This document shows, in pieces, positions 1 to 12,420 of a DNA stretch of 64,000 bases. The DNA lies in NCBI GenBank assembly GCA_051294905.1, contig CM119378.1, forward strand, positions 1,364,001 to 1,428,000. Reading direction: 5' to 3'. The notes beneath the pieces were generated by a model. The model had not been told where the DNA came from. It saw only the letters and a program-made list of their open reading frames with translations, and made no database searches. A program made the translations under genes and the position numbers. The stretch comes from Botryllus schlosseri. Lineage: Eukaryota. Position 1 is the first letter of the stretch. Each line of letters starts with the position of its first letter.

Positions 1-205
1 AAAACCATCCGCAGTTATACGCACCATTTCCAATTATACATATACAATATACACATACATACAGCGTAGAAATTCTATCTATATAGTTCAAGTGTAAGTC
101 GTTGCTTCAAGTCTTGTTCAGAACAAAGACCAGAACTTCCTTATGCGATCGGCCTAGTCGCATGGTGCGCATTTGCCGCAGTCTGATGATATGATTTTGT
201 TTCAG

Positions 206-3200
206 GCATTTTCTTCGTCGTTTCTGGGCAATGCGAAGGATCCCCGCGCAATTTCAACCCGAGTGCTTCCAACTCGTCAACACCAGTGTTCAGCATCATA
301 TCACCTCATTATCCAAACGAATACAACAAGACGTCGGACTGTGAATGGACTATAAGCGGAAATGGTTACAGTTACGAGATCTCTTTTGTTAAAAAAGACC
401 TTCACTTTCAAGATCCGTATGGAAGGAATTATTGTTCCGGGTCATACGTCATCGCTTTTAACGGAGGTACGAACTACGAACTTGCTCGCATGTTAGTAGT
501 TGCTTAGTATCCGGATATGTAGTTAATATGTACTGTCGTATACTGGCATAATAGAAAATGTTTGAATCATGAATGTGTGATATGGCATTTGGAAGCAACC
601 TACTATGCTTGAGAGGCTATGAATATCTTGAATATGAAATGAATATGCATTCAACTTCGAATCTTCAATTGTAAGCGGAGTAATGATACTCTTTTAAACC
701 AAACGGGATGAAAGATAATCGTCAATGCATTTCTAGTAAAGCTCAACATATGTTTTCGGCGTGTGAAATGCAGAGATGGTCAATTAGTCAACGTTCGTAC
801 TCGAGAAGCAGTAAAAATAACAACGTAAATTTAGGCTCAAGTACGAGTATATGTAGCGATTTCCAAGACATGTCAAATCTATTTCAAATGGAAGTACAGC
901 AAATGAAGGCAGCAGGAGAACAATTCAAGTCCCATCCTTTTAGCAGGTAAATCGCAAAATGCTCCTTAGCGACTATTGCGAAATGACAAATGACGCTGCA
1001 AATAGATGTAATTTCCTAATTTATAACCAGTCACGGATGGGCTAATAGTCTATTTATTGTGACAATTTTGCTGATAACCGTACCGCAAATTGAACAGAAA
1101 CTACTTTCTACTTCAGAAAACACATACTGTAAAAAGTAATTTAGTTTTGCCTAAAGAGACTGTTAACTAGAAGTGGAATTAGTATATGTACATAAAAAAT
1201 CGCGTCAATAGTAGTTTAATCCTACGTATGTACTCTGAAAAAATTGCAGTGCCGCGTTACTGACCGCCTCTGGTACAATGACATGAATTATTCCCATGGT
1301 GATTTCGAATATGCTACAATGAGGTTACCACATACATGGCTTACCATTCTTTATTGCAGAAGAAATCGACTGCTTGTGGCCAACAGATCCTCAAATGCAT
1401 TGTTTCGCTTTCCACCAGCCCTCATGCGGCGGACCTAAGATGAACCCTACATGCAAATCGAAAACGAATCACAACGGCACCCTTCGTATCACCTATATAT
1501 CTGATGGTAGAACGTTAGGCAAGCAGAATGTTACTGGGTTCGGCATGAAGATCAAGTTCACGAAATGCTGGAGCGAAGCGAACAGCACATCAGGTGAGCG
1601 TATCAGCGCAGGGTTGAGTTGAGTCTATATCCTTCAAAAACACAACAAGATTGCGAAACGATTAAGATATACAAGGTGTCAAAACGACTCGGAGTAGTCC
1701 TTAAAATCAGACACCGATCCTGACCTGCATAGGTCAGGGTGAAGAAGAAACATGCACACGGGATGAAAAGGAAAGGTCGATAGCATAAAGGAGAAGCGAT
1801 AAAAATGAGCTGGCATGTGTCGAAAGGCGTGGTCAATGTCAGATCGTGATTCATGTATTTATTCATTCATTCATTTATTCATTTATTAATATTTTATCCC
1901 GTATTCTCTAACTCTGACTATAGTATATATTCAAATCCATCAGCTTACATCTTTACTTGAATGCGGACACACTCGATGACTGTACGATAATGCATGGTAA
2001 TGAAAATATATTAAGTTATCGAGAGCCGAATATAGCTATATATCATCCCTGCACTAGGGCGCTTTACACAAGGCTATTAAATATAAATATACCCATACGT
2101 ATAAAAGACGAAGCGCATAGTTATACGGAATGAATGAACACCGAGCAATGAACACTGCCGCTGTTGGAATGCATGTGTAAATGAACGTATGATTCTGAAA
2201 TACTGCTTTTTGCAACGCATTATCCCCAAATTTCAAGCTTTTCCGTCAGTCTCTTCATATTAGTACACCGATAGCCTACTACCAAACCTTGTAAGTGACA
2301 AAATATTATTTCGCTTGTGCTCCGGACAGTGCAGATTAACGCGCACTTGTTTTAATTCCTGACACATTAAAACTGATTACTGTAACGGCGCACAAGACCT
2401 TGTGATGCCAGTCTTTTTCATTTTCCAGATACTCACGCTGTGAAATAGCCTACAATTGTGTACTGTAAAATATACATCCCTCGTAAACGGGTTTTACTAT
2501 AGGCATATGACTATGAGGGTACCATAGTCAATGAGTTGTCGAATGAACAGCAACAACGTAGCGTAACATGCTTCTCTGTTTAGGCGTTCCAACAGCGACA
2601 CATCATCCCACTCTATCCCACAAAACTTCGACCGGGGCCAATGATATAGGCCCCGTTTCGACTCCATCTCAAAGTGAAGACTAAATTTCTCGTCAAATGT
2701 TCCTTTGGTAATGTGGTTTGGTTTATTGAGTCATTTCACCGGTACTTCAAATGATACTTCGTATCTTCTTTAAAAGCAAGTAACAAAGAACCGAAAGGCA
2801 TCAAAGCCTAGACCAGTGATGCATGTGTATATGGACGTGTGATTCTGAAATACTGCTTTCGAAACGCATTATTCCTCAATTTAAAGCTTTTCCGTCAGCC
2901 TCTTCATATTAGTACACCGCCACTACCAAACCGTATAAATGACAAAATATTATTTCGCTTGTGCCCCGCACAGTGCAGATTAACTCGCACTTGTTCGAAT
3001 TCCTGACACATTAAGACTGATTACTTTAACGGCGCACAAGACCTTGTGATGCCAGTCTTTTTCATTTTCCAGATACTCACGCTGTGAAATACAATTGTGT
3101 TCTGTACAATATACATGCCTCGTAAAACGGGTGTTACTATAGGCATATGAGTAGAGGTCTCAAACACGCGGCCCGCGGGAGCATTTTGTGCGGCCCGCGA

Positions 3201-6200
3201 CGGCATTTTGGAATTTCAAGTATTCCATAATATATTCAAGTGCCATGTATCTTTTTTTTAGAAATAAGAACTCAAAGTTCACCCTAAAAGTACTATAAAA
3301 TCACTGAAATCCCAACAAAGTTCACTATTACAAAACTTTCAAAAGCTTAAATGCGGTAGAAGATCAGATATTATGTCACATTTCTAGTTCATGATGATAA
3401 AACATGACCCGTTGATGATTCGTGACTAAAAATTGTGATTTGGTTTGGTGCGAACTTCTCGTAAAATTACTCGATTTCGGATTGACTGGGTGATTTAATA
3501 AAAATGACTCCAGTTGAGTGGGTCAAACGTTAAAATCAGGGGACTTACTATTGGGAACGGTGACTTGGTAATCCTACGGACGCAACAAGCTATGAAACGG
3601 TCATGGGGAATAGTAATATATCAAAAGGTCGCAGCTTGCGATGCGTAGGGTATATAGCTATCTAATAAGGTCAGTATGGATACCATTGGCTTTCTGTGAC
3701 CCCCGTGACGTAGTTTGTTACATACTGGGTGTTGTTTGTTCTCTATATCCATGATATTATCGGTGGCGAGTAGGACTATAAGGTAGTAGTACGCTCTACA
3801 GCTGTAACACCAATGAGTTATTCGCCGATTTGACACTTCTATTACAGGGGTTCTTGACCAGACTCCGTAGACCCCATCGGTGTACGAAGCACCAAATTAG
3901 GGTGTGCGAGATGCATTGTGCGTCCTATATGCGGTGGAATATTTTCTTGGCCAATTTATTCAACTGGAAAATAGTCTTCGCGCTACGTGCGATTTTATGT
4001 GATTTGACTTTCTGATTTTAATATAGGTACGATCGGTAATTGTGTTAAAATGGACAGGGGCTACGAGAAATCTTATTGGAAGCACAATGGGCACGATCGC
4101 CAAAAAGGTTAAGAAGCAATGCTATTACTATGGCTCAGGAATGATTATATTTAGGCTGTTATTGATATGTTCCTATATTAATCGAAGTGAAAATCTAACG
4201 CTGATTCAATTTGACTTGGCAATGACAGTAACAATAGCCTATACATATCACGACTATATCAAAACCAGGATTAGGCTGCACTGCTCAAATGCTCTGATAT
4301 CAGATCAATCTTCAGTAAATTTCAAAATATTCCACATAAAATTGTAGCACGTCCAAGCTCCACTAGTTGCAATATTACAACTCAACAGTTTTACGATGTC
4401 CTGATGCATCCTCTCGCACGATGTCTATAACTCAATAATTAAAAAACAATTTTATTCAAATATTTGAAAATGTGATTTTTTTCGTGTCAAGCGTGAATAA
4501 TACAATAGTAAATTACATGTCCACAATGTTTGTGGAATGCCTGTCTGCAAGGACCCGTCAAATAAGGCATATACTTGCAAATTATACACTGACTATCCCT
4601 ATTATTGATGCTGCGACCCGCGACGTCATCAAAAACTAGGAAATTGGCCCGCGAGCACATTTAAGTTTGAAACCTCTGCATATTAGGGTACCATAGTGTA
4701 TGAGTTGTCGAATGAACAACAACAACAACAACTTAGCGCAACATGCTTCTCTGTTTAGGCGTTCCAACAGCGACTGAAACACATCATCCCACTCTATCCC
4801 ACAGAACTTCGACCGGGGCCAACGTTATAGGCCTCGCTTCAACTCCATCTCCAAGTGAAGGTACATTTAGGACTGAATTTCCCAGTCAAATGATCCTTTG
4901 GTAATGTGTTTTGGTTCATTGAGTCATTTCACCGGTAGTCCAAGTGATAGGCTACTTCGTATTTTCTTTGAAAGCAATTAACAAAGAACCGAAAGGCATT
5001 AAAGCCTAGACCAGCGATGCATGTGTAAATGGACGTGTGATTCTGAAATACTGCTTTGGAAACGCATTATCCCAAAATTTCAAGCTTTTCCGTCAGTCTC
5101 TTCATATTAGTACACCGCCACTACCAAACTGTGTGAATGAAAAAATATTGTTTCGCTTGTGCTCCGCACAGCGCAGATTAACGCGCACTTGTTCGAATTC
5201 CTGACACATTAAGACTGATTACTTTAACGGCGCACAAGACCTTGTGATGCCAGTCTTTTTCTTTTTCCAGATACTCACGCTGTGAAATACAATTGTGTAG
5301 TCCCTTGTAAAACGGGTTTTACTATAGGCATATGAGGGTACCATAGTCAATGAGTTGTCGAATGAGCAACAACAACGTAGCGCAACATGCTTCTCTGTTT
5401 AGGCGTTCCAACAGCGACTGAAACACATCATCCCACTCTATCCCACAGAACTTCGACCGGGGCCAACGATATAGGCCCCGCTTCGACTCCATCTCCAAGT
5501 GAAGGTATATTTAGGACTAAATTTCCCCGTCAAATGATTCGTTGGTAATGTGGTTTGGTTCATTGAGTCATTTCACCGGTAGTTCAAGTGATACTTCGTA
5601 TTTTCTTTGAAAGCAAGTAACAAAGAACCGAAATGCATCAAAGCCTAAGACCAATGATTCTATTACTGATATCAAGCTGTATATTTCTTAGGGCTGAGTT
5701 CATTCGGATAGTATGTAACTTGTACTCTGTAGTTCTTCGTGTGACGGTAATTTATTTTCCAGCGTCACCGCCACCAACACGGGACTGGCAGATCATTGTG
5801 ATTGCGATGGGAGCCGGATTCGGGTTTCTCTTCCTTGTCATGATCGCACTTTTTCTGTTTCTGCTGCATCGGAGGTACGGGTTCGCGGCAGAAGCTCGGA
5901 ATGTATGAGCCAGTGCAGTAGTGACCTTTCAAGGAAAGCATAGGCGAACATGCCGGATACATTTCTAGGGTTTTATTAACTGAAACTCAGCTACCATCAA
6001 CTACAAGGACGCAATGCATGCATTTTGAAGCACTGACATCAGCATTTTGAGCAACTGAGGAACGAACAGAATCCACAGAACGAAGTAAACTAATTACAGT
6101 TATCAACACATAGACACCGAGAGTCTTGAGCGATCATCCCAGCCCTACCAGCAAATGTTACCCTCGGAATAGAAGATAACTCTGGTTGAGTTCCAACCAG

Positions 6201-6913
6201 GGTTCATACAAACCCTAGGGTTCGCCGAGCCTGTCTCAGAGGTTCGCCGAAGGTCAGGACACACACTCGACTCATATAGAAGAAGCCACAATGATTCGCA
6301 GTAAATATTCATGCAACAGTTTTGTTTTTTTGTAACATTCATGTATTGATGATTAAACACAGACACATATTTGTCATACCCACATTCATTCACTCGCGAT
6401 CATATACATTCAGTGTTGAATGAACAAGGCTGATCGCTTTGAAATAGCCATTTAGCCAATCATAATCTGGTAAGTATTCAGAAGTTGCGATTGTAGGCCT
6501 ACAGTTGAGACCAGATTTTCGAATGAAGGATTTGTAGACGGTTGGTCACAAAATGACAAACTCTCAATAAATATTCAGAAATTGACAGTTTCTTATATCA
6601 AGTTGATATTGAAAAGTCAACCAACATTTGGCTACAATCAACTACAACGACATAAGGAACTTACGGGCGAGCAGAACACAGAACAAAATAAACTAATTGC
6701 GGTAAATACGTGAAAGGGAAGTGTTTATATTTTATCCAAGTGCCCGGAGCAATGACAACAGTGGGCAAATCGTGGTTTGTACTTTTCAGATCCAACTCTT
6801 CGCCGCCAGAGAACCCGCAACCCAAGAATCCACCCGTCGCGGAAATGCAACATATTTACAACTATCCGCCGCTCGAACCTCAGCTCAGTAACAGGGCGCA
6901 GTATGAATGCTAA
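206..6913 (+). CDS. CUB-domain type I membrane receptor, paralog A (CUB + Ser/Thr/Pro/His-rich stalk + TM + Pro/Tyr-rich tail); signal-peptide exon probably upstream of the window
   Basis: GT-AG exons with consistent phase: 206-466, 1360-1593, 4759-4860, 5403-5504, 5763-5874, 6790-6913 (TAA). CUB hallmarks: CEG..ISPHYPNEY...DCEWTI..ISF...YCSGSYV...LRITYISDG..VTGF. TM segment IIVIAMGAGFGFLFLVMIALFLFLL followed by HRR. The exon structure is mirrored in the paralog at 22931-29518. Confidence 0.85.
1640..1850 (-). mobile_element. Short 3'-end copy of the CR1/L2-type LINE
   Basis: Reverse complement resembles the LINE 3' UTR at 20350-20570 (GACTACTCCGAGTCGTTTTGACAC core). Confidence 0.6.
2171..5655 (+). 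repeat. Three tandem ~650-bp intron+exon units, each carrying one stalk exon of receptor A
   Basis: Units start at GCATGTGTA at 2171, 2821 and 5019 and are highly similar. Exon copies lie at 2584-2679, 4759-4860 and 5403-5504. Unit 2 is interrupted by a 1.5-kb transposon. Confidence 0.95.
3152..4678. mobile_element. Non-autonomous hAT-type DNA transposon
   Basis: Termini TAGAGGTCTCAAAC / GTTTGAAACCTCTG. 8-bp TSD CATATGAG (3144-3151) / CATATTAG (4679-4686). Subterminal CGGCCCGCG motifs. The empty site GGCATATGAGGGTACC is visible in unit 3. Confidence 0.9.
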
Positions 6914-7280
6914 AGATGCGAGATACATGCGATGTATCCACTGACAACGTCAAGTTGCACTCCTGGCTTCAATTACACGTCGGTTCCCGGATATCAGAGC
7001 AGTGATTCACACAAAATTAGAAACCACGAAAGTTTTGTTCCGCGCTTCAGCTGTTTCCCTATTACCGTAGCACATTATATAACTCCCATCTAGATTAACG
7101 TACAACGTACAGCCCACCGGAAGAGAAAATCCTCCTAATTCAGTGGTTCTTATTTATCCGGGGCTCGCAGAGTCTGTCTGGAGGTCAGGCTACGGCTGGA
7201 CAATATCGAGTACCAGAATCAAGTATCCTTCCCTATGACGTCATAGCAGTATTGACGATATAGAAAGTTGACCTATGTAC

Positions 7281-7590
7281 ATTAGGGCTCTTCAAAAATG
7301 ACTTTTTTCTCAAACCGTACTGGCTACTTCATAAAATTGTTAGGTTACCTAATTTAAGCCTACACACACAATTTTGTTCAATTCCAGCCAGTAACCGCTT
7401 TGCTACAGGAGAAGAAAGTTTCTATTTATTATATAAAAATAAATAATAAAAAAACTGAAAATTTTCTGTTTACCCCATGAAAGTGTTAGGCTGTCTATAG
7501 AAACGATGCTCACCAAATTTGGTTCAATTCCAACCAGTGGAAGCGGAGGTATTACCGTCGAAATATTTGGATTTGAATAAAATAGTATTT
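7281..7590. mobile_element. MITE-family fragment (ATTAGGG(C/T)T...CAAAAA end)
   Basis: Near-identical to 17334-17862 once the SINE there is removed. Related ends at 36922, 43330-43765, 54408-54738, 57885-58200 and 63248-63387. Confidence 0.7.
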
Positions 7591-8100
7591 ACGGTGACCG
7601 ATTCTTTGTTGATTTATTATAGTTGTGCTCACCGTGAATACTATTTTATTCAAATCAAAATTTTATGTGTTCATTACATCGCATGGTGTCATCGCATTAC
7701 ATATTATTGTGTGTGTCTTGATCGGATGAAAATATAATTTCCTGATGATTGGTTATTGTCTTACCATACAATTGTCTTCACTTAGCCTAGTAATACGACA
7801 ATGCGCTTTATTGCACTACTGCAAAAAGAGGATTTTGCTGATAGTGAAAGATCCCATAGATAATAATTAATACGCTCTATAAAGTTGGTATGTTACGATA
7901 TGGTTTCCCTGGGTTTTCGAGCTTATAAATATAATATCTGATGTACCATATATGTCATTGATAGGCGTACAGACCATTTCCGATTTCAATGAACAGCATT
8001 TGTCTGGGCCGCTTGTGAAACTGCGAGTTTGGAATCAGTAAAAAGTTAGAATCAATCGAAAGTCAAATTTCAGTCAAATCTTAGTATAATTTCCACGTGC

Positions 8101-8211
8101 ATTTAACCAAAATTCTCAAAAAAGAGGACATTTAGGCGTCCTCCGAGGACACTTTCAAAAAAGTCAAAAAAGAGGACAAATCCTCTTAAGAGAGGATATA
8201 TGGTAGCCCTG
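8101..8211. mobile_element. hAT (Blackjack-like) element right end
   Basis: GAGGACA repeats and terminal ATATGGTAGCCCTG. Matches 16723-16810 and 25520-25585. Confidence 0.5.
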
Positions 8212-8801
8212 CCTAATATAAATGCATAAATTATATTCGTTTGATTTAAATCATACAAGAGTGTATTGGTAAGGTTGAGCACTGCCCAATGCAAGTACTG
8301 AGCGATCTAAGAAACAAAGATACGTTGCTATTAGATTAATCTGCTACTGCTACAATAACAACGTAAGCTGTGATCGTTTCGTTTGCGGTCAATTCATTTG
8401 TGATGTAACAATGGAGGATCTGTGAAACGTACAATCACTAATCAGTGAATGACTGGTTGCTTTCACAAGTAACACCGGCGTGTCGCAAGCAACCCGAACA
8501 TACATAAGATACGGTGATTTAAGCGACACCGCTTACATGAATTGAAATTGACTCGTAAAATTTTCTCCAAGTCCGAGTCAATGCATATTGCTGAAGCGCC
8601 GAGTCAAGTCAAGTCAAGTCATTTTTGCAAAGTGAATCGAGTCAAGTCAAGTCATGCGAAAAAGTTGACTCTAGTCATCCCAACACTGTTCACAAGCAGA
8701 ACGCGAACGTGCCTCACGTTCACACCGTCCCTAAATGTAACACCGACACCACTTAGGTATAGACAAGGCGTAAACATACACAAAGAACTTCATTAAGCTG
8801 T

Positions 8802-8807
8802 TTTATT
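8802..8807 (-). terminator. Putative polyadenylation signal of the NHL gene
   Basis: AATAAA on the minus strand ~340 nt after the stop codon. Confidence 0.4.
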
Positions 8808-9142
8808 TGCATTTATAGAATTAAATCTGTTACTTTTGGGCTTCATTTCCAAATCCTATTCAATGATTAGTGCAAAAGCAATAAAAATGTATTTAAGTAA
8901 CGTCTGTGTTTCAAGAAGACCTCACACATCCAGGATAACAGTAATTCCAGGTTACGTAGCCTGTCAGCTAAACCTACAATACTTTGGTAATCTCTTTCTA
9001 CTCCCAGGAACCTCCTAAATCACTGTAATATTAGCATATCAATTAACGCTACGAGTGACAAGATTAATTCAAAAAATACGAGAACAAAACATGAAAATAA
9101 AAATAGAAACATCTCAATTTCGATTACCCATAATGTCGTTTT

Positions 9143-9961
9143 TTAAAAGACCTGGACTCTGTGATTGCCAGAGTCACTGACCGCAATGCCCCCGTCCGAC
9201 AAAAGGCAAACTCCTTGTAGCCCATTCATCTGTCCTGGGTTAGAACCCTTGGTCCCAAAGCAACACACGAAGCCTCCATCGCTCGCGAAAACCTGAACCC
9301 GATTGTTCCCGCTGTCGCAAACAATAATGTTGCCGTGATGATCTGTGGCGATTCCTCGCGGATTCTTAAACTGAGACTCGTTTGTTCCTTCCGTTCCCAA
9401 CTCAAAAAGATGGCGGCCGTCGTACGAGTCGAAAACCTGAACTCTGTGGTTTCCCGCGTCCCCGACAACGACCTGCGATAAGGTCGAAGGTAAGGAAAGT
9501 TTATATGGAACTAAAGACTCGCCTATACTCTGCCGTTTGAAGTCACGGAAAGATAATTCGGTTTATCCAAACGGTTTCCTTCCGAACCGAACTTCCGGAC
9601 GAACTCCCCGTTCGCCGAGAAGACTTGAACTCGGTGATTGCCTGCGTCACAAACGTAAATCAGCCCCCTGTCGTCTGTTGCAACTCCACAAGGCCGGTGA
9701 AGTTCTCCATTTCCTGAAACCAAACCAATGTCACTTTCATCGAGAACTGTGATATCATGCAGCGTCACCTGATCCTTTGCGACCGAACGTACGAACGAAT
9801 CTCCCGTGCTCGTCGAATATTTGGATTCGGTGGTTGCCCCAGTCCGAGGCGGTAATATGTCCCCATGACGTCACACACACGCCATGCACCCAATATAATT
9901 TACCTTCTGATATTCCTTCGCCCCCGAAAGCCCCTTTCACAAATCCGTTTTCGTCGAATAT
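9143..9961 (-). CDS. NHL-repeat beta-propeller, three 3' exons of a TRIM-NHL-like gene
   Basis: Exons 9961-9769, 9713-9529 and 9472-9143 (TAA), joined by 55- and 56-nt GT-AG introns. They give five complete NHL repeats (G.G...G.L..P.GV......I.V.D.GNHRVQVF) plus the tail of a sixth, with no internal stops. Confidence 0.9.
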
Positions 9962-10339
9962 CTTGAAGTACGACAGCCTCAGGTAGGGCCACAGTGATTC
10001 GAGTATTCGAATCCGAATCGAACAATAATTGTAGCAGAGTCGAGTAGTGGGAAATGATAATTTCGAATACTAAAATACGAATATATGTTGCCATCCCATC
10101 TACCCGACGAGAAATTACGGTTTCGATACTATGTCCCAATGTAGACTCCTTCAAACCTCAATGGATCGTGTCGCAGAATAAGAAATACGAGGTATGCAAT
10201 ATAGCGTCGCAAACTCTGTCAGCTTTTATTTATTTTCTAGGCAACAGCACACCCTGTGCAAAAAAAAAATTGATTGGAAAGTGGTCAGCTGTGCCTTACC
10301 AAAGTGTAATGAGGTTCACATCCTTGAGATGCTCTGTTG

Positions 10340-11090
10340 GCTATGCATGGGTACGTGCTATATACGCTCCCGCAAAACAGATGTACGCAAAAGTCGATGT
10401 AGAGCCGCGTTAGTTTTAAAGTTGTTCCATCATGAAATGTGTGATGGGATTTGGGATGGTGCATTGTTATAATGTCCTGTAACCGCGTACCAACTTTCAA
10501 GGTGGGAATTCAATGTTTAACACGGTAATTCTGCTATTAAAATTGACTATGTATATGTATATGCTATGTTCACGCAAAACAGATATGCGTAAAAGTCGGT
10601 ATTCGACTGCGTTAGTTTTAAAGGTGTTCCATCATTAGATGCGTGATGAAATTTAGCATGGTGCATTGCCATAATGTCCTACAACTACGTATCAAGTTTA
10701 GAGTTGGGATTCAATGTTAAGCATGGTAATTCCGTTATTAAAGTTGACTATGTATAGGTACGTGCTATACGCTCCCGCAAAACAGATGTAGGCCTACGCA
10801 AAAAGTCGATGTAGAGCCGCGTTAGTTTTAAAGTTGCTCCATTATGAAATGCGTGAGGAAATTTGGTATGGTGCATAATCACGATGTCCTACAACTACGT
10901 ACCAAGTTTCATGGTGAGGAGTCACATATTAGCATGGTAATTCTGTTATTAAAGCTGACTATGTATATGTACACGCTACCGAAAACAGATTTAGGAAAAA
11001 GTTGCAATAGAACTGCGTTAGTTTTAAAGTTGTTCCATCATGAAATGTGTGATGAAATTTGGTATGCTGCATAATCACAATGCCCTGGAG
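10340..11090. repeat. ~200-bp tandem repeat, about 4 diverged copies
   Basis: Anchor GCGTTAGTTTTAAAG at ~10407, 10609, 10818 and 11015. Confidence 0.9.
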
Positions 11091-12420
11091 CTCACCTAGA
11101 TACGTTTTTAATGTAGTTACACATTCTAGTTGTTTTGATGTAAGGAAAAAATCATTCGATAACTCGATACAACTAGTTAACACGCGTTGATGTAACTTTC
11201 CTCATTTGTATGCATAGCCTACGCGAAATTGGTTACCGAATTTTTCGATTAGTTTGTATTCCGTATTTTATTTAAAACTGAAACTGTTAAGTACTATACT
11301 TAAAGTGTTAAAAAATGTGAAAAAGTGTACAAGTAGAATTATTATTATGTCATGAATAAGTAGTTTACAAATTCATACGATTTTTCTTGTTGCGTTCCGG
11401 GATAAAATGTAATTTTTCGCTCTTTTTTAGTGACATGAAAAGGAATGAATCGTATGAAATGTGGTCACTACAAGAATCGATCGAAAGCGCTGTTTCACGC
11501 CGTCTTGCATCGGTCACGATTAGTTTTACTTTTCAACTAACTTGTTGTCTGTCGTTATATTCATGAGACTCGCTTTCATGCGGCTAATTTGTTCCTATCA
11601 TTATAACGTCAGGGATCGCGTACCTGCGGCGAAGGTGTTCGTTTAATTATAGCGACGAGAGCCGGGCCCCTGCGGCTAGTCCGTTGGCATTTTAGTGCTG
11701 AGTTAAATACCCTTATACTCGACATGCAAACATTATACAGGTAGCGGTTGTACTGCGAGCTGATAATAAGGCTTAAAATGTGGAGACCTCGGAAATCGAA
11801 ACCGCGATCTGTCTGCCCTCAAAATCGCATTTTATATTATTCTAGGGATTACTATTATCAAGTCGCATTTAAGTAATTAATTAGTGATGATGCATTTATC
11901 CGTGCGATATCGCAGTCTTCGTGAACATACATACTCTAACAACATCAAAATCATCACAAAGCAATATCGACTTTTGCGTGAAATCTGTTATGCGTTTTAC
12001 TACGGTAGTATGCGCACCTGCTTACAGGTGTCCAGACGTGGACTTTCTACTATATTCGCTCCTAACATTATAGCAGCACCCGACGCAGCTTACATTATTA
12101 CGTTATAAGACGCCGGCGGCGTTTCACTGTCGGTTTAATGACCCTTATTCTAGTGACATGAAAAGGACTGAATCGTAATTACGACTTCGGAACGCGCACA
12201 TGCGAGTGATTTGTTTCCGTAGCTCCGAACTTGAGAATCGCTTGCATGCGTCTAATGAAAATAAGTCGTAAAATGTGGAGCCTGCAGAGACCGTAAAAAT
12301 CATGCATCAGAAGCGTAGGGATTAATATTATCAAGTCGCAGCGCTCAAAATCGCATTTTATAATAATTAATTAATTAGTGATCATGTCTAGAATTTTGAT
12401 ATATCATCATAAAACCACAC

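Noticed and set aside
9714..9768. Apparent frameshift or stop between NHL ORFs suggesting a pseudogene
   Set aside because: Resolved by a 55-nt GT-AG intron, giving the clean repeat GRKGSGNGELHRPCGVA.
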